DNA of 63,316 nt, filler included, from Sphacelaria rigidula (GCA_964200075.2; 10 parts of 10 records of this genome joined end to end with filler, not necessarily neighbours in it); one strand, 5' to 3'; positions 51,091 to 63,316 are shown, numbered from the whole stretch's first letter. Program-made: numbers and translations. The notes: a model not told the origin generated them from the sequence alone.

Positions 51091-54000
51091 CTGACGCTCG
51101 AGCCGTTCTTGAGCCTTCCTCTCCAGGGCTGCCTGCTTTTCCCGTCGTTCCTTTTCCTTCCGTTCTAAAGCCAGCTTCACGAGTTAACAGCAACGACAGA
51201 AAGGCGCAACAAGTATTTACACACACACATACTGCTTTTGTTGAATTTTTTGATGTCCTAGTCTACTATGTCGTTCTGCTCGGCTCTTCCTGTTCCTTCT
51301 TCATCTTCAGCGAGTGTTTCTGTTTCTGTTTTTTTTTTTTGGGGGGGGGGGTTATGTCCATCATGCAACCATGGCTGGATCATGACTCCTGGGGGGTCAG
51401 TGAAAGTGCGACAATCATATACACGTACGCATATACGCATGTGTGTGTAAATAGGTCAATGAATCCCTTCAGTTTCTTTAGTTTTCTCCTTCCTGTTTCG
51501 TTCTACTCCCGAGTGATACTACGGTAGGGGTACACAAATATTTTCTGAGGTTAGAATTGTTGGGAGCCCTCTGTTTCATCCAATCCACGACTTATGAAAT
51601 ATGTGAGAGTGCGCCAGGATTACTGGTCCAATGTGGTGGGGATATCCCGAATATATTTGCAAAATGGGATGCCCTGACCCATGTGCTTGTGCACCTAGAA
51701 TCGTAATGAGCTCCCAAACCAGACAAGATGTGGCACAGGAAGTGCATTCCTACCCTAACATTGTTCTCCCTCTCCCAACTTCTCTTCTATCAATGAATCT
51801 CGTGGCCACGACTGGGGGAGTCCCTTAAAGATGAGCTAATGTGCGACAAAAAATGATAATCAAACGAGTGCTTCCGCTCATGAACCTTTCGAAGTACAGT
51901 AGAGGGTTGTCTAAGTACCTAAGGGTATTCTGGGTTTTTTCTGGCGTACTACTCTTTGATAGAACTCTAAATTGCTAGCGTCGGTAAATTTTGGTACAAT
52001 AAACACATCATCCTCGAAACACAGTGCCCAAGTCAGTGTTAGTTGGTGTTATCGAGGCGTTACGGATAAATACCCTGTTTATCAGGAGGGTGTTACTGAC
52101 CGTGTTACACATTTTTTCGGCTCTAGTGCAATGAGTAGGCAGAATTTTTGAAAAATAAAACTACACGTTTCTTCACAAATATGATCGGGGCAGGCTTGAT
52201 CGATCGAAAATACAGAAGAGTAAGAATCTGGGCTGGGACGTGGCAGGACCCCCGATGACTGGTCAGCCCGTAAGTCACTCAATATATGAAGTACGGATGT
52301 TTTTTTTCTTAGTGGTGGAGCGGATACAAATATCTTCAGATCACCGATGTGATAAGCGGTGCCAAGCAAGAAAAAACCAAGAAAATTGCCAATTACGAAA
52401 AAATCACAAAATGCCACAAAATGAAGAGTTAGACCGCCCACTACTGTAGGTACCACATGTCCATCTCGCAACAGCGGCCAGGGTCCGCGGCAGACCCTTC
52501 GATATACCCCCAACAATCAATCAAACAATTCATCATCACCACCGTCAACCGCCGAAAATATATATTTCCCTTCTCCACTTTTCCTACTGGAGTTTTACCC
52601 AGCGACTGTCCAAGTTCTACTTCTCGCTGAGCAGAATATTCCAACCTTGTGTTCCATGGTGCGAGATTTCTTGTATACCCGGGGTATTTACCCTCTTATT
52701 ACCCGTACCCGACACTTGTGTAAGATCTGCATGAATTATTTACCCTTACCCGGCGTACGAGTTCATTCTTGTGGATATACCGGGTTGCGGGCATGAGGGT
52801 TTCTGTACAACGTCCATACCGTACCCGACAGCCTCTGTAAGTTCTTTGAGACTAAAGCACACCCTGGACAATAGATTATACTGTAAAAAAATTGTACAGT
52901 ATGGCGTATATTGTCTGTTGCAATAGGCGCAATAGTCGATACTGTACGCAGTACACTTTTTGACTGTGTTTTCTGTTGTCCAGGGTGTGCTGGCATACCA
53001 GTACCCGACAGCTTTGTAAGTTCCGTAGGAAATCCATACCCTAGAGAACACAACCCTTGGATACTCCATCTTGTGACCACGGTTATAGTCGTAACGGGTC
53101 TGTTGAGGCGAGAAAATGAATCATTGGATATATAAAGAGATGCATCAACGGCGACACTAACACATGAGGGAGCCCGCAGCAGGAACTTGACTGATAGTCG
53201 CACCTCAACTGATTTTCCAGGTAGTCATGATCCACATGATAGTCACATGATGGACTTACCCGGGATAAAAACGAAACCGAAACACTCGCTGAAGAAAATT
53301 GAAGAAGCGAAAAATTTACAACTAACAAACAGGCACACGGCTAAACAGATATATTGCACAACTATATGCCAAAGCGCGTTATGTGCTGAGAATATCCATC
53401 TTTTCTCCCGTGGACATCACGTGCATCTCATTTTTCTCCATCTTTATTCCACAAATTCGCGTTCATATTTTGCCGCCAGACTTAAACACGACTGAACTTC
53501 AATCATTTATCGCCCCATCAACTTGGTCGAAGCTCATTTCATGCACGAACTTCTCTGCCCTACTCTCTCTCTCTTGATCTCTGTTACAGGAAATCTCTAT
53601 CGTTTCCGACCGCGGGTCAGATGACAAGGGCTGATGAAATGAGGATTAAAAAAAGCAACATAAACACAGCTGAAGACGATGAGGAAAGAAATGGAAACGG
53701 CTCATGTTTTCCGCTGTCTTCTACTTCCATACCCACTGTCTTTATTCTCAGGCGACTTTGTGGCGATTGACTGGGCTCACCTGCTTCTCTCGTTGCTCCT
53801 TCTCCTTCTTTTCCATGGCTTCCCTCTGAATCAAAACGTGCCGCAGCACCAGAAAACACGACGAGGATAAACGCCAGCATCAGCACAAGAAAACGGAGGA
53901 AAAAAAAAAAAACGCGAGAGCAGAAGAACCAAAAGATGGGGAAATTACCCAGCACGGGAAGAACAATTCATCCGGTCGGGGAAATAGAGAGCAAAATAAA

Positions 54001-54838
54001 TCGCAAAGCGGGAAAATCCATTGACGCGGTAAGGTGAGGCATCCGCACCCCCCCCAACCCCTCCCTCCGGCATATGCCCCTGTGGCGAAGCGGTAGAGAC
54101 TATAACTCGTAGAGTGGGAGAATGTGAGCTACACAAGGAGGAACGGAAGGTGTTGGAGGATGAGATGAGGGAACTAAACGAGCGTGACATGGAACCGATC
54201 GGTACATGACATAATAGTATCGACAAAACAATCGCAATTCTGTACAGTGCTATAATAGGAGATAGACGGTAGCCACAGGCGGCGAAACAGGAAGGCGATG
54301 AGATACGAAAAAGGTCTTCCGTGCAAGGTACAGAAAAAGCGTAATGAGCGCCCAAATGTTGGAGGTGTCTACATCACGAGTAGAAACGGCGGTTCGTCTC
54401 GCAAGGGATGCGGGTCAATGGCGAAACGTCTAAGGCGAGCAATAAATGAGTAACCCCCCCCCCCCCCCCCCCCCCACCGTCTCGAAAGGGATGGGTGGTC
54501 GATGGTCAAATGACCAAGGCAAGCAACAAATGAGTACGCCCTTCCCCCCCTTCCCTTCCCGGTCATATTTTTCGTGTCTTGTACTAGTTTTTCCTTCGAG
54601 CTGTACGTACCTTTTTTTATTTATTAATTTTTCCGCTGTCGGGTGTTTAGAACCTCGCCATTTGGGGCGCCGTGTTTCCCTGACCGTGGGTGTATATGTC
54701 ACTTTCCCTCGCATTCTGTCTTCATGTGCCATAGCTTTGTGACCGCGGGTGCTAAAGTTCTGGAAAAGGGCTAATGTGAGAAACGACATATACCTGCCGC
54801 TGCTGGCGCTCTCGCTCCTTCTTCTCCATGGCCTCCCT
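51091..54838 (-). CDS. Charged (E/K/R/Q) helical repeat protein; microexons 54838-54794, 53825-53781, 51174-51091
   Basis: AG|REAMEKKERERQQRQ|GT, AG|REAMEKKEKEQREKQ|GT and AG|LALERKEKERREKQAALERKAQERLERQ|GT. All are phase 0, and the copies differ partly by synonymous changes. Confidence 0.78.
52642..53059 (-). mobile_element. Degenerate family-C MITE carrying an inserted repeat (~52870-52975, also at ~58810-58910)
   Basis: Termini CAACCTTGTGTTC and GAACACAACCCTTG; internal GTACCCGACA repeats. Confidence 0.7.
54071..54560 (+). mobile_element. LINE 3' fragment (54071-54453) with C22 tail, followed by a second 3' tip (54477-54538) with a C-rich tail
   Basis: Translates to CPCGEAVETITRRVGECELHKEERKVL...IGDR..PQAAKQEGD..NERPNVGGV, homologous to 60353-60770(-). 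It ends AAATGAGTAA + poly(C). Confidence 0.88.
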
Positions 54839-55332
54839 CTGGAGAAAAGAAAATAAAAGAAGAGAAGAGTCCACCGAGCGCCCACAACCAACCGCACGGC
54901 ACGGCACGTCGATGATTTAACAGCAAACCAGGCGGGGAAAACAAAAACATCGGAAGAGGCATCCACGGGCAATGAGAGGGTGTTTTGACAGCCACCACCA
55001 ACCAAACCAGTACGAAACAGTGATACTGCTGCATGCGCAATCCATGCAGAAACCACAAGGGCAAGTGGTCGTAGACGTGACGAACGGAAGGGCAGCGAGA
55101 AACGAGGAGGATAGTAAAAAAAAAAAAAAATGGTTATTTCACTGATTGGTTGATGTCGTGATGACATGATGGTGACATGATGGACGTAAACGAGATAGAA
55201 AAAAAAAAAATCGCTGAAGAGCAATGAAACAAAAGCAGGAAGGTAGAAACAGACAGCATATTAAAAGAAAAAGAAAAGGAAACAAAACAAATAAATATCA
55301 GAACAAAAGAGTAAAAAATCATGCGAATTATG

Positions 55333-55870
55333 CAATGTCGCGTTCTGTAGGGTACGGTTTTCTGTATACCCGGGGTATTTTGCCGGGTGTTTACCGTACC
55401 CGACCGTTCTGTAAACTCTGTAAGACTTTCATACCGGTACCCGTTAGTTCTGTAAACTCTGTAAGACCTTCATACCCGAAACCGATAGTTGTGTGAGTTC
55501 TGTAGGCCGTCCGTATCGTTACCGGGGGGCACGAGTATGCTCTTGATATGATACCCGGTTGCGGGTACGGTTTTCTGTGCAACCTCCATACCCTACCCGA
55601 TAGTTTCTGTGAGTTCTGTAAGCCTCCCATACCCTTACCCGACAGTTCTGTGAGTTCTATACAGAATATTTACCCTAACCCGAGGGGCGGGTATGCCCTA
55701 GAAGAGTTACCCGATTGCCGGTACCGGTTTTCTGTAAGCCTCCCATATCGGTACCCGAGAGTTGCTTAATTTCTGTAAGACTTTCATACCGGTACCCAAC
55801 AGTTGTGGAAGTTCTGTTATGAATCTCATACCTTACAGAACGTACCCGTACCTTACAGAACACGATCTTG
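55333..55870 (-). mobile_element. Family-C hAT-like MITE (538 bp) with 8-bp TSD GAATTATG
   Basis: GAATTATG|CAATGTCGCGTTCTGTAG...TTACAGAACACGATCTTG|GAATTATG. Confidence 0.9.
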
Positions 55871-56101
55871 GAATTATGTGCAGATCTCTCAAAATGGGAG
55901 TAAGTCTTTTGCAAGCCATACTGTGATGTTTTTTACCACCCGCCTGCTCCCCAAAGACAGGTTGTGATTTGGAAAATGACTCTGGTTCGTTTCATAACCC
56001 TCTCATTTACGCCTCACACCCTGCGAGTTTTCTTTAACAACTCCGTCGTGCATTTGTCGTGAACAATCACGTAACCACTTGTTCACCCCCCTCAGGTAGT
56101 A

Positions 56102-56171
56102 TGCTCTGTCTCGAAAGGGATGCGTGGTCAATGGTCAAATGACTGAGGCAAGCAACAAATGAGTACGCCCC
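56102..56171 (+). mobile_element. LINE 3' tip (66 bp + C tail) with perfect 16-bp TSD CCCCCCTCAGGTAGTA
   Basis: TSD copies at 56086-56101 and 56172-56187. Confidence 0.92.
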
Positions 56172-57086
56172 CCCCCCTCAGGTAGTACAGTCCTTCAAGA
56201 ACTGGACATGAGACCATGTCGTTGTCAAGTCATGCCCTGGCGGGGAATCAAGATGAGGGCGACACGGAGGTAAATTTTGTTTTTCATTGTTGTCTGTAGA
56301 TTGCCCTGTGCCCAAGGCGCTTCCAATTTCGATTTATTTCGGTGTTTGTGACGTTGCGGTCTCGGAATTTCGGCGGTGGAACCGGAGTGCCCTCGGCTGG
56401 GCCCTTGTTGGAAGTGGTTCTAAAATGAAGGTCTTCCGCACGCACCCGGGGTATGGTGATGTGTCGTTGCACGGAAGCGAAAAGATGTATTGAAGCATAA
56501 ATCGTGTTCGTATTATCGCCGTCGCCCTACATTCGCAGGGGCACGCAGCAAGCCGGCGCTGAGGCGCGAGTCGTTTCCCGGAAAATTCCCGCCAGGTCGC
56601 CCCGCACCAGTCCCAGCCACTACCATGCCTGTTTTCAAGTACACGTACAGGACTTACTTTTCGGTATGCCATAGACTATGCGATATGCTTCCCGGAAGTA
56701 AGTTGCAACTGCTGTCTCTCGGGCAGACGGGTGACAACGTCAAGCGTCAAGGAGCTGCACGCGGAGCCGAGGGGTCCCATATCGGGAAATGACGGCACGA
56801 CCCCGCCCTCCCAGGTCGCCCAAACCTCATTCTGGGGCCGTAGGAGGGGAGGGGGGGCTACCCGTTTGTTATTGGTGAGACACCCAGGAGGCAGTGTGTA
56901 AGCTGTGGCTGTCTCTGGAAGTGGCGATACCAGAGAACAAAGCAACTCTTTGTAGGCTGTCATCCAAATGCCAGANNNNNNNNNNNNNNNNNNNNNNNNN
57001 NNNNNNNNNNNNNNNNNNNTTAATTAATTAANNNNNNNNNNNNNNNNNNNNNNNNNNNNNNNNNNNNNNNNNNNNGGTGTGGTGTT

Positions 57087-57221
57087 CGTACTCATTTGTT
57101 GCTTGCCTTGGTCATTTGACCATTGACCACGCATCCCTTTCGAGACGGAGCACGGGGGGAGTGAAGGAGGGTGGGGCTTACTCATTTGTTGCTTGCCTCA
57201 GTCGTTCGACCATTGACCACC
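57087..57221 (-). mobile_element. Two tandem LINE 3' tips separated by a G-rich tract
   Basis: TACTCATTTGTTGCTTGCCT..GTC.TT.GACCATTGACCAC occurs at ~57089 and ~57179. Confidence 0.85.
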
Positions 57222-57824
57222 GTGAGGGGGGGGAAGCAAGATATACCACCGACATGGCGCACCTCACGGATCAAGGGACTTCCTACCACAGGAAAGGGTA
57301 CGTCTTATTTTGCTTTTTTTCGTCACACTTCCAATCCTCCCCGTTCTCAGGACAAATCCGTGGTGCTGAGGGGTTCATCTACTGTACCCATTTCCCTCCC
57401 GGTACCCTACACGACCCGCAATTTCGGTGTTGCGGGGCGGATCATGACTACCGGCTCTCACTCCCGCACCGCGTCGTCACACTTTCGTCGGACAAACTGA
57501 GTCGAACAAACCTTGCTTTCCCCCTTGCTGCTCACATCTCCACGCTCTTAACCCTTTTGGAAGCCGTTGATAGAAAAGTGACGATTTACAGTTGACGTTT
57601 GTTTGGGCAAGATATGGCTGTTTTTCTGCAAGTGTTGATGATGCAGCCCACCGAAACGGCACACCGCTTTCAAATTCGTGCTTGACCGAACTCGAGGTGA
57701 CGTTTTCCGGTGACGAAAGTTCGCATATAGGAATTTGTACTGTTGTTCGCGAGTTCCAAAAGGATTTAGAACGACGGGAGAAACTCAGATAGTTCGGGTA
57801 AATAAAAAACAATACAACAATAGA

Positions 57825-57898
57825 CGGAATCTGGCGGGAATCGGACCCGCGTTCGTTCCAAAGCCAGTGGTGTAAGCTGTACCATTAGACCATCAGAC
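57825..57898 (-). mobile_element. tRNA-like head (SINE or tRNA pseudogene)
   Basis: Minus strand reads GTCTGATGGTCTAATGG...GCGGGTCCGATTCCCGCCAGATT, with an A-box, a T-arm/B-box and a partial acceptor stem but no valid anticodon arm. Confidence 0.55.
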
Positions 57899-58518
57899 AT
57901 TTCTACCACTTTAATTCAAACCACCAGGGCGCGCGGCGGCTTTAACCGTATTGCTGTTGCTTCTCGCACATTAGCCCTTTTCCAGAAAATCTAGCACCCG
58001 TGGTCGCAAACCTATAGAAGGAATATATATATATATATATGAGGGGAGAATAATAAATAATAACCCCCAAAAACTAAAATTACGGCGTCCCGAAGGGCGG
58101 GCTTCTACCAGTACATCAATGAAAATATATATTTACACAAACACGTACAACTCGGGAGGAACAAAGTGAAATCGGAGAAAAAATTCCGGCTACATGGTAT
58201 GCGGGTCATGTGCAGATTGCCAGGTGCCTCGTGTGTAGAGTAGAGAGGGGAAGGAGAGCATGTGTCAGCGATGTCGGGGCCATGACTCGAGGATGAGCGT
58301 ATATATATCACCGACGCAGACTACGGGGTACCGTGGTGGAGTAGTACGGTAGTAGTCACAGCTAGAGACATTGCGGAGGTACGCGCTTCAAGCAATCTTT
58401 GATTCCGGTATCGTTCACCGTGGTTTCAAGTTATATCAATAGTTGTCAATCTCTGGGTGAGTTAACCATGGAGCCATGTTGACAATGATTACAGTGAACA
58501 TGAGAGACGCAGCAACAA

Positions 58519-58551
<33 letters not shown>

Positions 58552-59010
58552 GTGTTATGTCTCACTCCCCCAGGAGACGAAGGAAGGGAACCCTACATAA
58601 ACTGATACAGAAAAAAAAAAACATGACGCAGGATCGGGATAAAACGGGATGAAAAAAAAAGAGAGAGGAGGAATGAGAAACGAAACGCGAGAAAGAAGAA
58701 AGATACAAGGACGATACAAGAAAAAATACAAGAAAAGATACACGGAAGAGATCTTTAAAAAAGATACCAGTAAGCACGCCACACAGTAGAGTGTCACGAT
58801 AGACTACATTGTCAAAGCGTGTACTGTGTACAGTATGTAATATATTTTCTATTGCAATAGACGCAATAATCGAGACTGTGTGAAGCGTACAACTATTTTT
58901 GATGTAGTATATTGTCATTATCCAGGATGTGCATGAACGATACAAAACAAATACGAGAAAATAATAGGAAAATACAAGAAACGAAATATAGAAGGGGAGG
59001 GAAGACGCAC

Positions 59011-59233
59011 CTGGTGGATCTCCTTAGAGAACATGTCACTGAGATACAGGCGCTTCAGGGCGGGCGGCCACGTCGCGTCGTCCAGCGATGCGTCGAAATC
59101 ATGCCCCAGGTACAGCGTGTGCAGCCCGGCGGGCCAATCGATTCCTCCGCTCAGCGGGCGACTGTAGTACCAGCCCAACCTCAGCGTGCCCAGTCTCCGC
59201 GGCCAGGTCATACCCAAGATATCTTGATCCCAC
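59011..59233 (-). CDS. Exon of an FNIP-like (LRR-related) repeat protein
   Basis: AG|..WDQDILGMTWPRRLGTLRLGWYYSRPLSGGIDWPAGLHTLYLGHDFDASLDDATWPPALKRLYLSDMFSKEIHQ|GT, with a ~22-aa WPxxLxxLxLG periodicity. Confidence 0.82.
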
Positions 59234-59467
59234 CTGCGACAAAAACAAAGTGGGGAACATGCGATTGGTGTATTTTAGCGCTCTCTGTTTCCTTGACGTC
59301 TCTGTCATATCGTTTTTCTTTTTCAACTGTTGCTTTTGTTCTCGAGTCTCAGAAGAAGTAGCTGAATGGATGCTTCTATCTCGTCTAAGGAATAGTAGTG
59401 GCGGTGCTTGGAAGGAGAGCCTACGTCTGTGACCATGGGACCTAGAGGTTGGGCTGATGTGCGGAAA

Positions 59468-59708
59468 GACTACTACCACTACTACTACTACGACGACGAC
59501 GACGACGACGACGACGGCGACTACTACTACTCCTACTCCTACTCCTACTCCTACTCCTACTCCTACTCCTACTCCTACTGCTACTGCTACTGCTACTGCT
59601 ACTGCTACTGCTACTGCTACTGCTACTGCTACTGCTACTGCTACTGCTACTGCTACTGCTACTGCTACTGCTACTGCTACTGCTACTGCTACTACTACTA
59701 CTACCACC
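59468..59708. repeat. Compound microsatellite (CTA)n(CGA)n(CTACTC)n(CTACTG)n(CTA)n
   Basis: Directly visible. Confidence 0.95.
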
Positions 59709-60340
59709 ATGATGAACGTGGATCTCTTTTGCCGCCAGATTCATTGCTAGACGTGAAACCTGCGGGCTCCTGGGGTAAGTGCAGAAAATCTGTTTCTATT
59801 GCGGTGAAAACGCCTGCACAACCTAAGACGTTGCCACGCCATAGGCATCTGTTCGTGAGGTATGGCTAGCAATGTATTTGCTGTCTCAAGTTAAGCGTTA
59901 GCCGTGTAGTATTGATGACCCCTAGAGTACACGATGTGCGTGAGAGTTTTCAGCGTACACGCTCAGCAGAATGATGCATCAACAATTACAACGTGCACCC
60001 TCCTCCTACACCCGTGGAAAAATCTGCCGCGCCCGCCCCATCGGCTGAGACAACGTTCGAGTTTTGCTTGCAGCCCTGTTGATGCCCACATCCATTGCGT
60101 ATCCATCTACACCTACAAAAACCATCCTTCGAAACCCGGTGGTACTGCTAGCGGGCAACCCGTCCGAGCAGGAACTATGGGCAGAGCCAAAGGGTGAACG
60201 CCCGCTAATGACGCGCTGAAAACACACCATGAACGTGAATATCGCCCCACTACCGCCAACATGTTCAACAAACCACCGACCACCATCAACAACAACGACA
60301 CTTACAGTGACGACACACGACCACGAGAGGGATGCTCATC

Positions 60341-61290
60341 GGAGTTGGGAGCGTATTCATTCGTTGCCTGCCTCAGTCATTTGACCATCAACCACGGATC
60401 CTTCGCGAGACAGAGCACCGCCCTTACTCCTAATGAAGACAACTCCAACATTTGGACGCTCACTACGTTTCCGTGGTACACAAAACCTTGTACCCTTAGC
60501 CGTTTCGCCGCGTGTGGCCACCATCTATCTCCTAGTATAGCGAATGTTTTCTCGCTACTGTCTTATTCACCAAACGGTTACATGCCACCTTCATTTACTT
60601 CCCACAATTCCCCGTCTCACACGTCCCGTTCCTCCTTGTACAGTTCACATGCTGCCGTTATATGAGTTCTACTTTCAATTACCTTGCCACAGGAGCAATT
60701 CTGTGCATCTACTTCCTCCTCCATCCGATTACTGGTATACCTCTTCCCTCTGGCAGGTCAAGGTCCCGATTCGAAATCGCAGTTTTAAATTTATCGCCGT
60801 GCCCATTGGGTCATGCAGATATGTTTTCATCCCTATCCCATCTCTCAACCCCCCGTACACCTTCAGGTGCTCTTCCCCGTCCACTTTTCATCATAGCGCC
60901 AGTTTTTACCTTCTCCCTGTGTTTTCGTGTACGTACGTCGTACATCCCCCACATTCACCCATGAACATTATCTCGTCTTGGTTTCCTCTCATATCCTCAT
61001 ATACTGTCTCGACTACATTTTCTCACCTTATTCCAGCCTGCCGTTTCCATAATTCCATCCATGCACACCTAGTAACTATGGTTGACAATATCGTCCTCGG
61101 CATGTTCCTCACGACGTATTTCCGTGTCAATTGTGCCATTTCTCTCTATTTGTTTCAAGTGAGTACATTCTCACTACTCTATCACTCGTCGTTTTGAAGC
61201 ATCCAAATTTTCTAAGCTGCTGTCATCTGCACTGTTTCTTCCAGCTTCTCCCCCAGCTTTGCGTTCCGTTCTCATGCCCCTTCATGTTTT
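60341..61290 (-). mobile_element. Decayed 5'-truncated LINE (RT thumb to C-terminal zinc knuckle, RTEX-like)
   Basis: Minus-strand translation with stops and frameshifts: NAKLGEKLEETVQMTAA*KI...HLKVYGGLRDGIGMKTYLHDPMGTAINLKLRFRIG...CSCGKVIESRTHITAACELYKEERDV...ERPNVG. It ends in the shared 3' tip with a decayed C-rich tail. Clade assignment is by motif resemblance only. Confidence 0.85.
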
Positions 61291-62706
61291 GGTACCGGTA
61301 CAACGGCATCCATCAAAATACATATCTTAATCCTAGTATCGAGGTCCGAGCCTCGTAGGATCAAGTCCACCTTACCCGTCTGTGTCTTACCCTTTCCTCT
61401 TTCTTTATCTGTGTGTGCACTCGAAGAATCATTTTCTACATCTCTACGCCAAGGTATGTACACAACCAAGAGTCAGACGGGGACGAAAATGAGGGGAAAA
61501 AACAACTACACACACACACAATCAACACACTCCACGTCAGTCTCCACCCCCAACACATGCCCGAAAGCCAGTCCTTAACAGTCCCCTCTCTCAAGCACTC
61601 ATCAGTCCCGGTTTTTTAAATACGCCTCCTTCCACGTAAGCCCAAATATGTACTTCGCATATATATATATATATTGTTGTTCATCTGACTGAAAGAAACA
61701 ATGGTACATACAAATCATCAAATGCGAAATCCTGTTGTGGTTTGGCCATCAGATACCTGCCACAAGCACCAAATTGGCATGACACTACAGGGAAGCATCT
61801 TAAACGCCCCGGCTTTGATATACATATTCTGTTCTGAAATATTGCTTTCATCCGAAATGGCGCGCGGATCTGGATACAAGGAAGAACCAAGATATGGAGC
61901 GCAAATAATGTTGAGCTACAGATATATAGATTGCGAGAATTATCGTTTTTGACATTTTGATTTACAAGAAGCTCATAGTTGTAGTTGGTTGTTAGGCCCG
62001 ATACCATTTTCGGTTACACAGCTTCTTGCCGTTTGAAGCCTCACTACGGAGGCGCGACAGATTTTGTGGAATCATACCTTCGCTGCTTCCTGTTCTCCTT
62101 CACCGATCCGCAGGTACAGTTCATGAGTCTGAGCATGCTCGAGAACAATGGCTCTATCCTCCGGTACAAGACTAGCCATCTTGTGTCAAAAAAACAAAAC
62201 TGCTCCCTACGATATCATCTGCTAGACCTGTGCTTCCTAGTGGAGAAGGAGACAGGCACTGCGGTGCGGCTCGTGTTTGTACACGACTATAGAGTAATGC
62301 ATGGGTAGCTGTTATTTTCAATTATCAAGCTGCTCAGATAACCTCTTTCTCGCTCCTCTGTGAAATCGTAGGCCACTTGACTATAACTTCAAAATTGGTC
62401 GTAGTTTTCAAAATAGAAGTCAGTCATCACCCGTGTGTCGTTTCACACGAAAATATTAAACAGTCCAAAAGCATTTTCAGCAGTTAATCAAGTACGCGTT
62501 GACCTTCCTGCACACACGTTATTTCCCAAACACTTCCGTGACTCCACCTACCCCTCCCTCCCGAGACCGTGATTTGAACCCCGAATCGATTCACTACTGT
62601 CCTGGCAAACGTAACCCTTATCCCGTGGGGGGAGGTTCGAGCCAATTTTCGAACGAACGAGCTAATTGAGAGAGTCGATGCAGGCAGCAGATTTCATGTG
62701 AACCAT

Positions 62707-62745
<39 letters not shown>

Positions 62746-63265
62746 ATTCACGCAGCTTGACCAAGTCTTCATCCACATGCAACACCATAACCAGCGTGCA
62801 AGGGTCGTGCAACAAACTCACCAACGAATCTCTTTGTTTCCTGCAATCAACCCCGCGTTCTTTATATTGCAGGATTACTCCAGACCACCACTAACGATGC
62901 CGCTACAGCTGTCAGCGGTGAAGCACGGCTTGCCACGGCGCTCACCTGTCCTTGTCCAGGCCACGCTAACCTCAGATCATCTGCTTGTCTTCCGCCTGAT
63001 CGGTTGTCTGATGCAGCAATCCACCCGTCGTCGTCACCCGTAAAGCTCTGTAGCACGATAAGTAACATTACGATTTAACGCAAGAATCAACCAATCATCA
63101 CTCTACATTGATATCGATGGATTACTTGATTGTCGTACATTGACGTATGCCCGAAGTCATGATCCAGCCGTGGTCATTCTCCACAACTTGGACGTATCCA
63201 AGGTAAACAAAGCGGAAACGCTCGGTCAAGGAGACTCGGCAAAGGGAGAAGACGAAGAAGAGAAA

Positions 63266-63316
63266 GAGGGGGGGGGGGAGGGAGGGGGGTACTCATGATC
63301 ATGCATGCCATAGTCA
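63266..63316 (-). mobile_element. 3' tip and poly(C) tail of the SINE-like element at the window end
   Basis: A G-tract followed by GTACTCATGATCATGCATGCCATAGTCA. Confidence 0.85.

Noticed and set aside
6243..57075. Regularly spaced TTAATTAATTAA motif that could look like a periodic biological repeat
   Set aside because: It is always embedded in N-runs at contig joins, so it is an assembly linker.
59099..59869. Low-complexity ORFs (poly-TA, poly-S, YC, VA)
   Set aside because: They are translations of a stop-poor microsatellite with no supporting splice or codon signal.

Overview
This is eukaryotic nuclear DNA, most likely from a brown alga (Phaeophyceae, Ectocarpus-like). That is an inference from the short GC3-rich exons in long repeat-laden introns and from the gene set. 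The window is not contiguous: it is ten unplaced contigs of 6241-6242 bp joined by artificial 100-bp N44-TTAATTAATTAA-N44 linkers, so no synteny can be read across them. Most of the six-frame ORFs are spurious. Real coding signal consists of spliced exons from an ARF-GEF/MON2-type DCB-domain gene lying head-to-head with a coiled-coil gene, PEX5, SF3A3/PRP9 (with a GC-AG intron), an FG-GAP repeat protein, an FNIP-like repeat protein and a charged-repeat microexon gene. There is also an internally deleted chromodomain Ty3/Gypsy element, and several MITE families with visible TSDs. The most striking signal is a non-LTR retrotransposon system. A LINE ORF ends in TGA-GTAC(G) followed by a poly(C) tail, and a ~0.5-kb non-autonomous partner shares that tail. 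Both sit in C-runs, and one copy has a perfect 16-bp TSD starting with C6, a C/G mirror image of L1 poly(A) priming.
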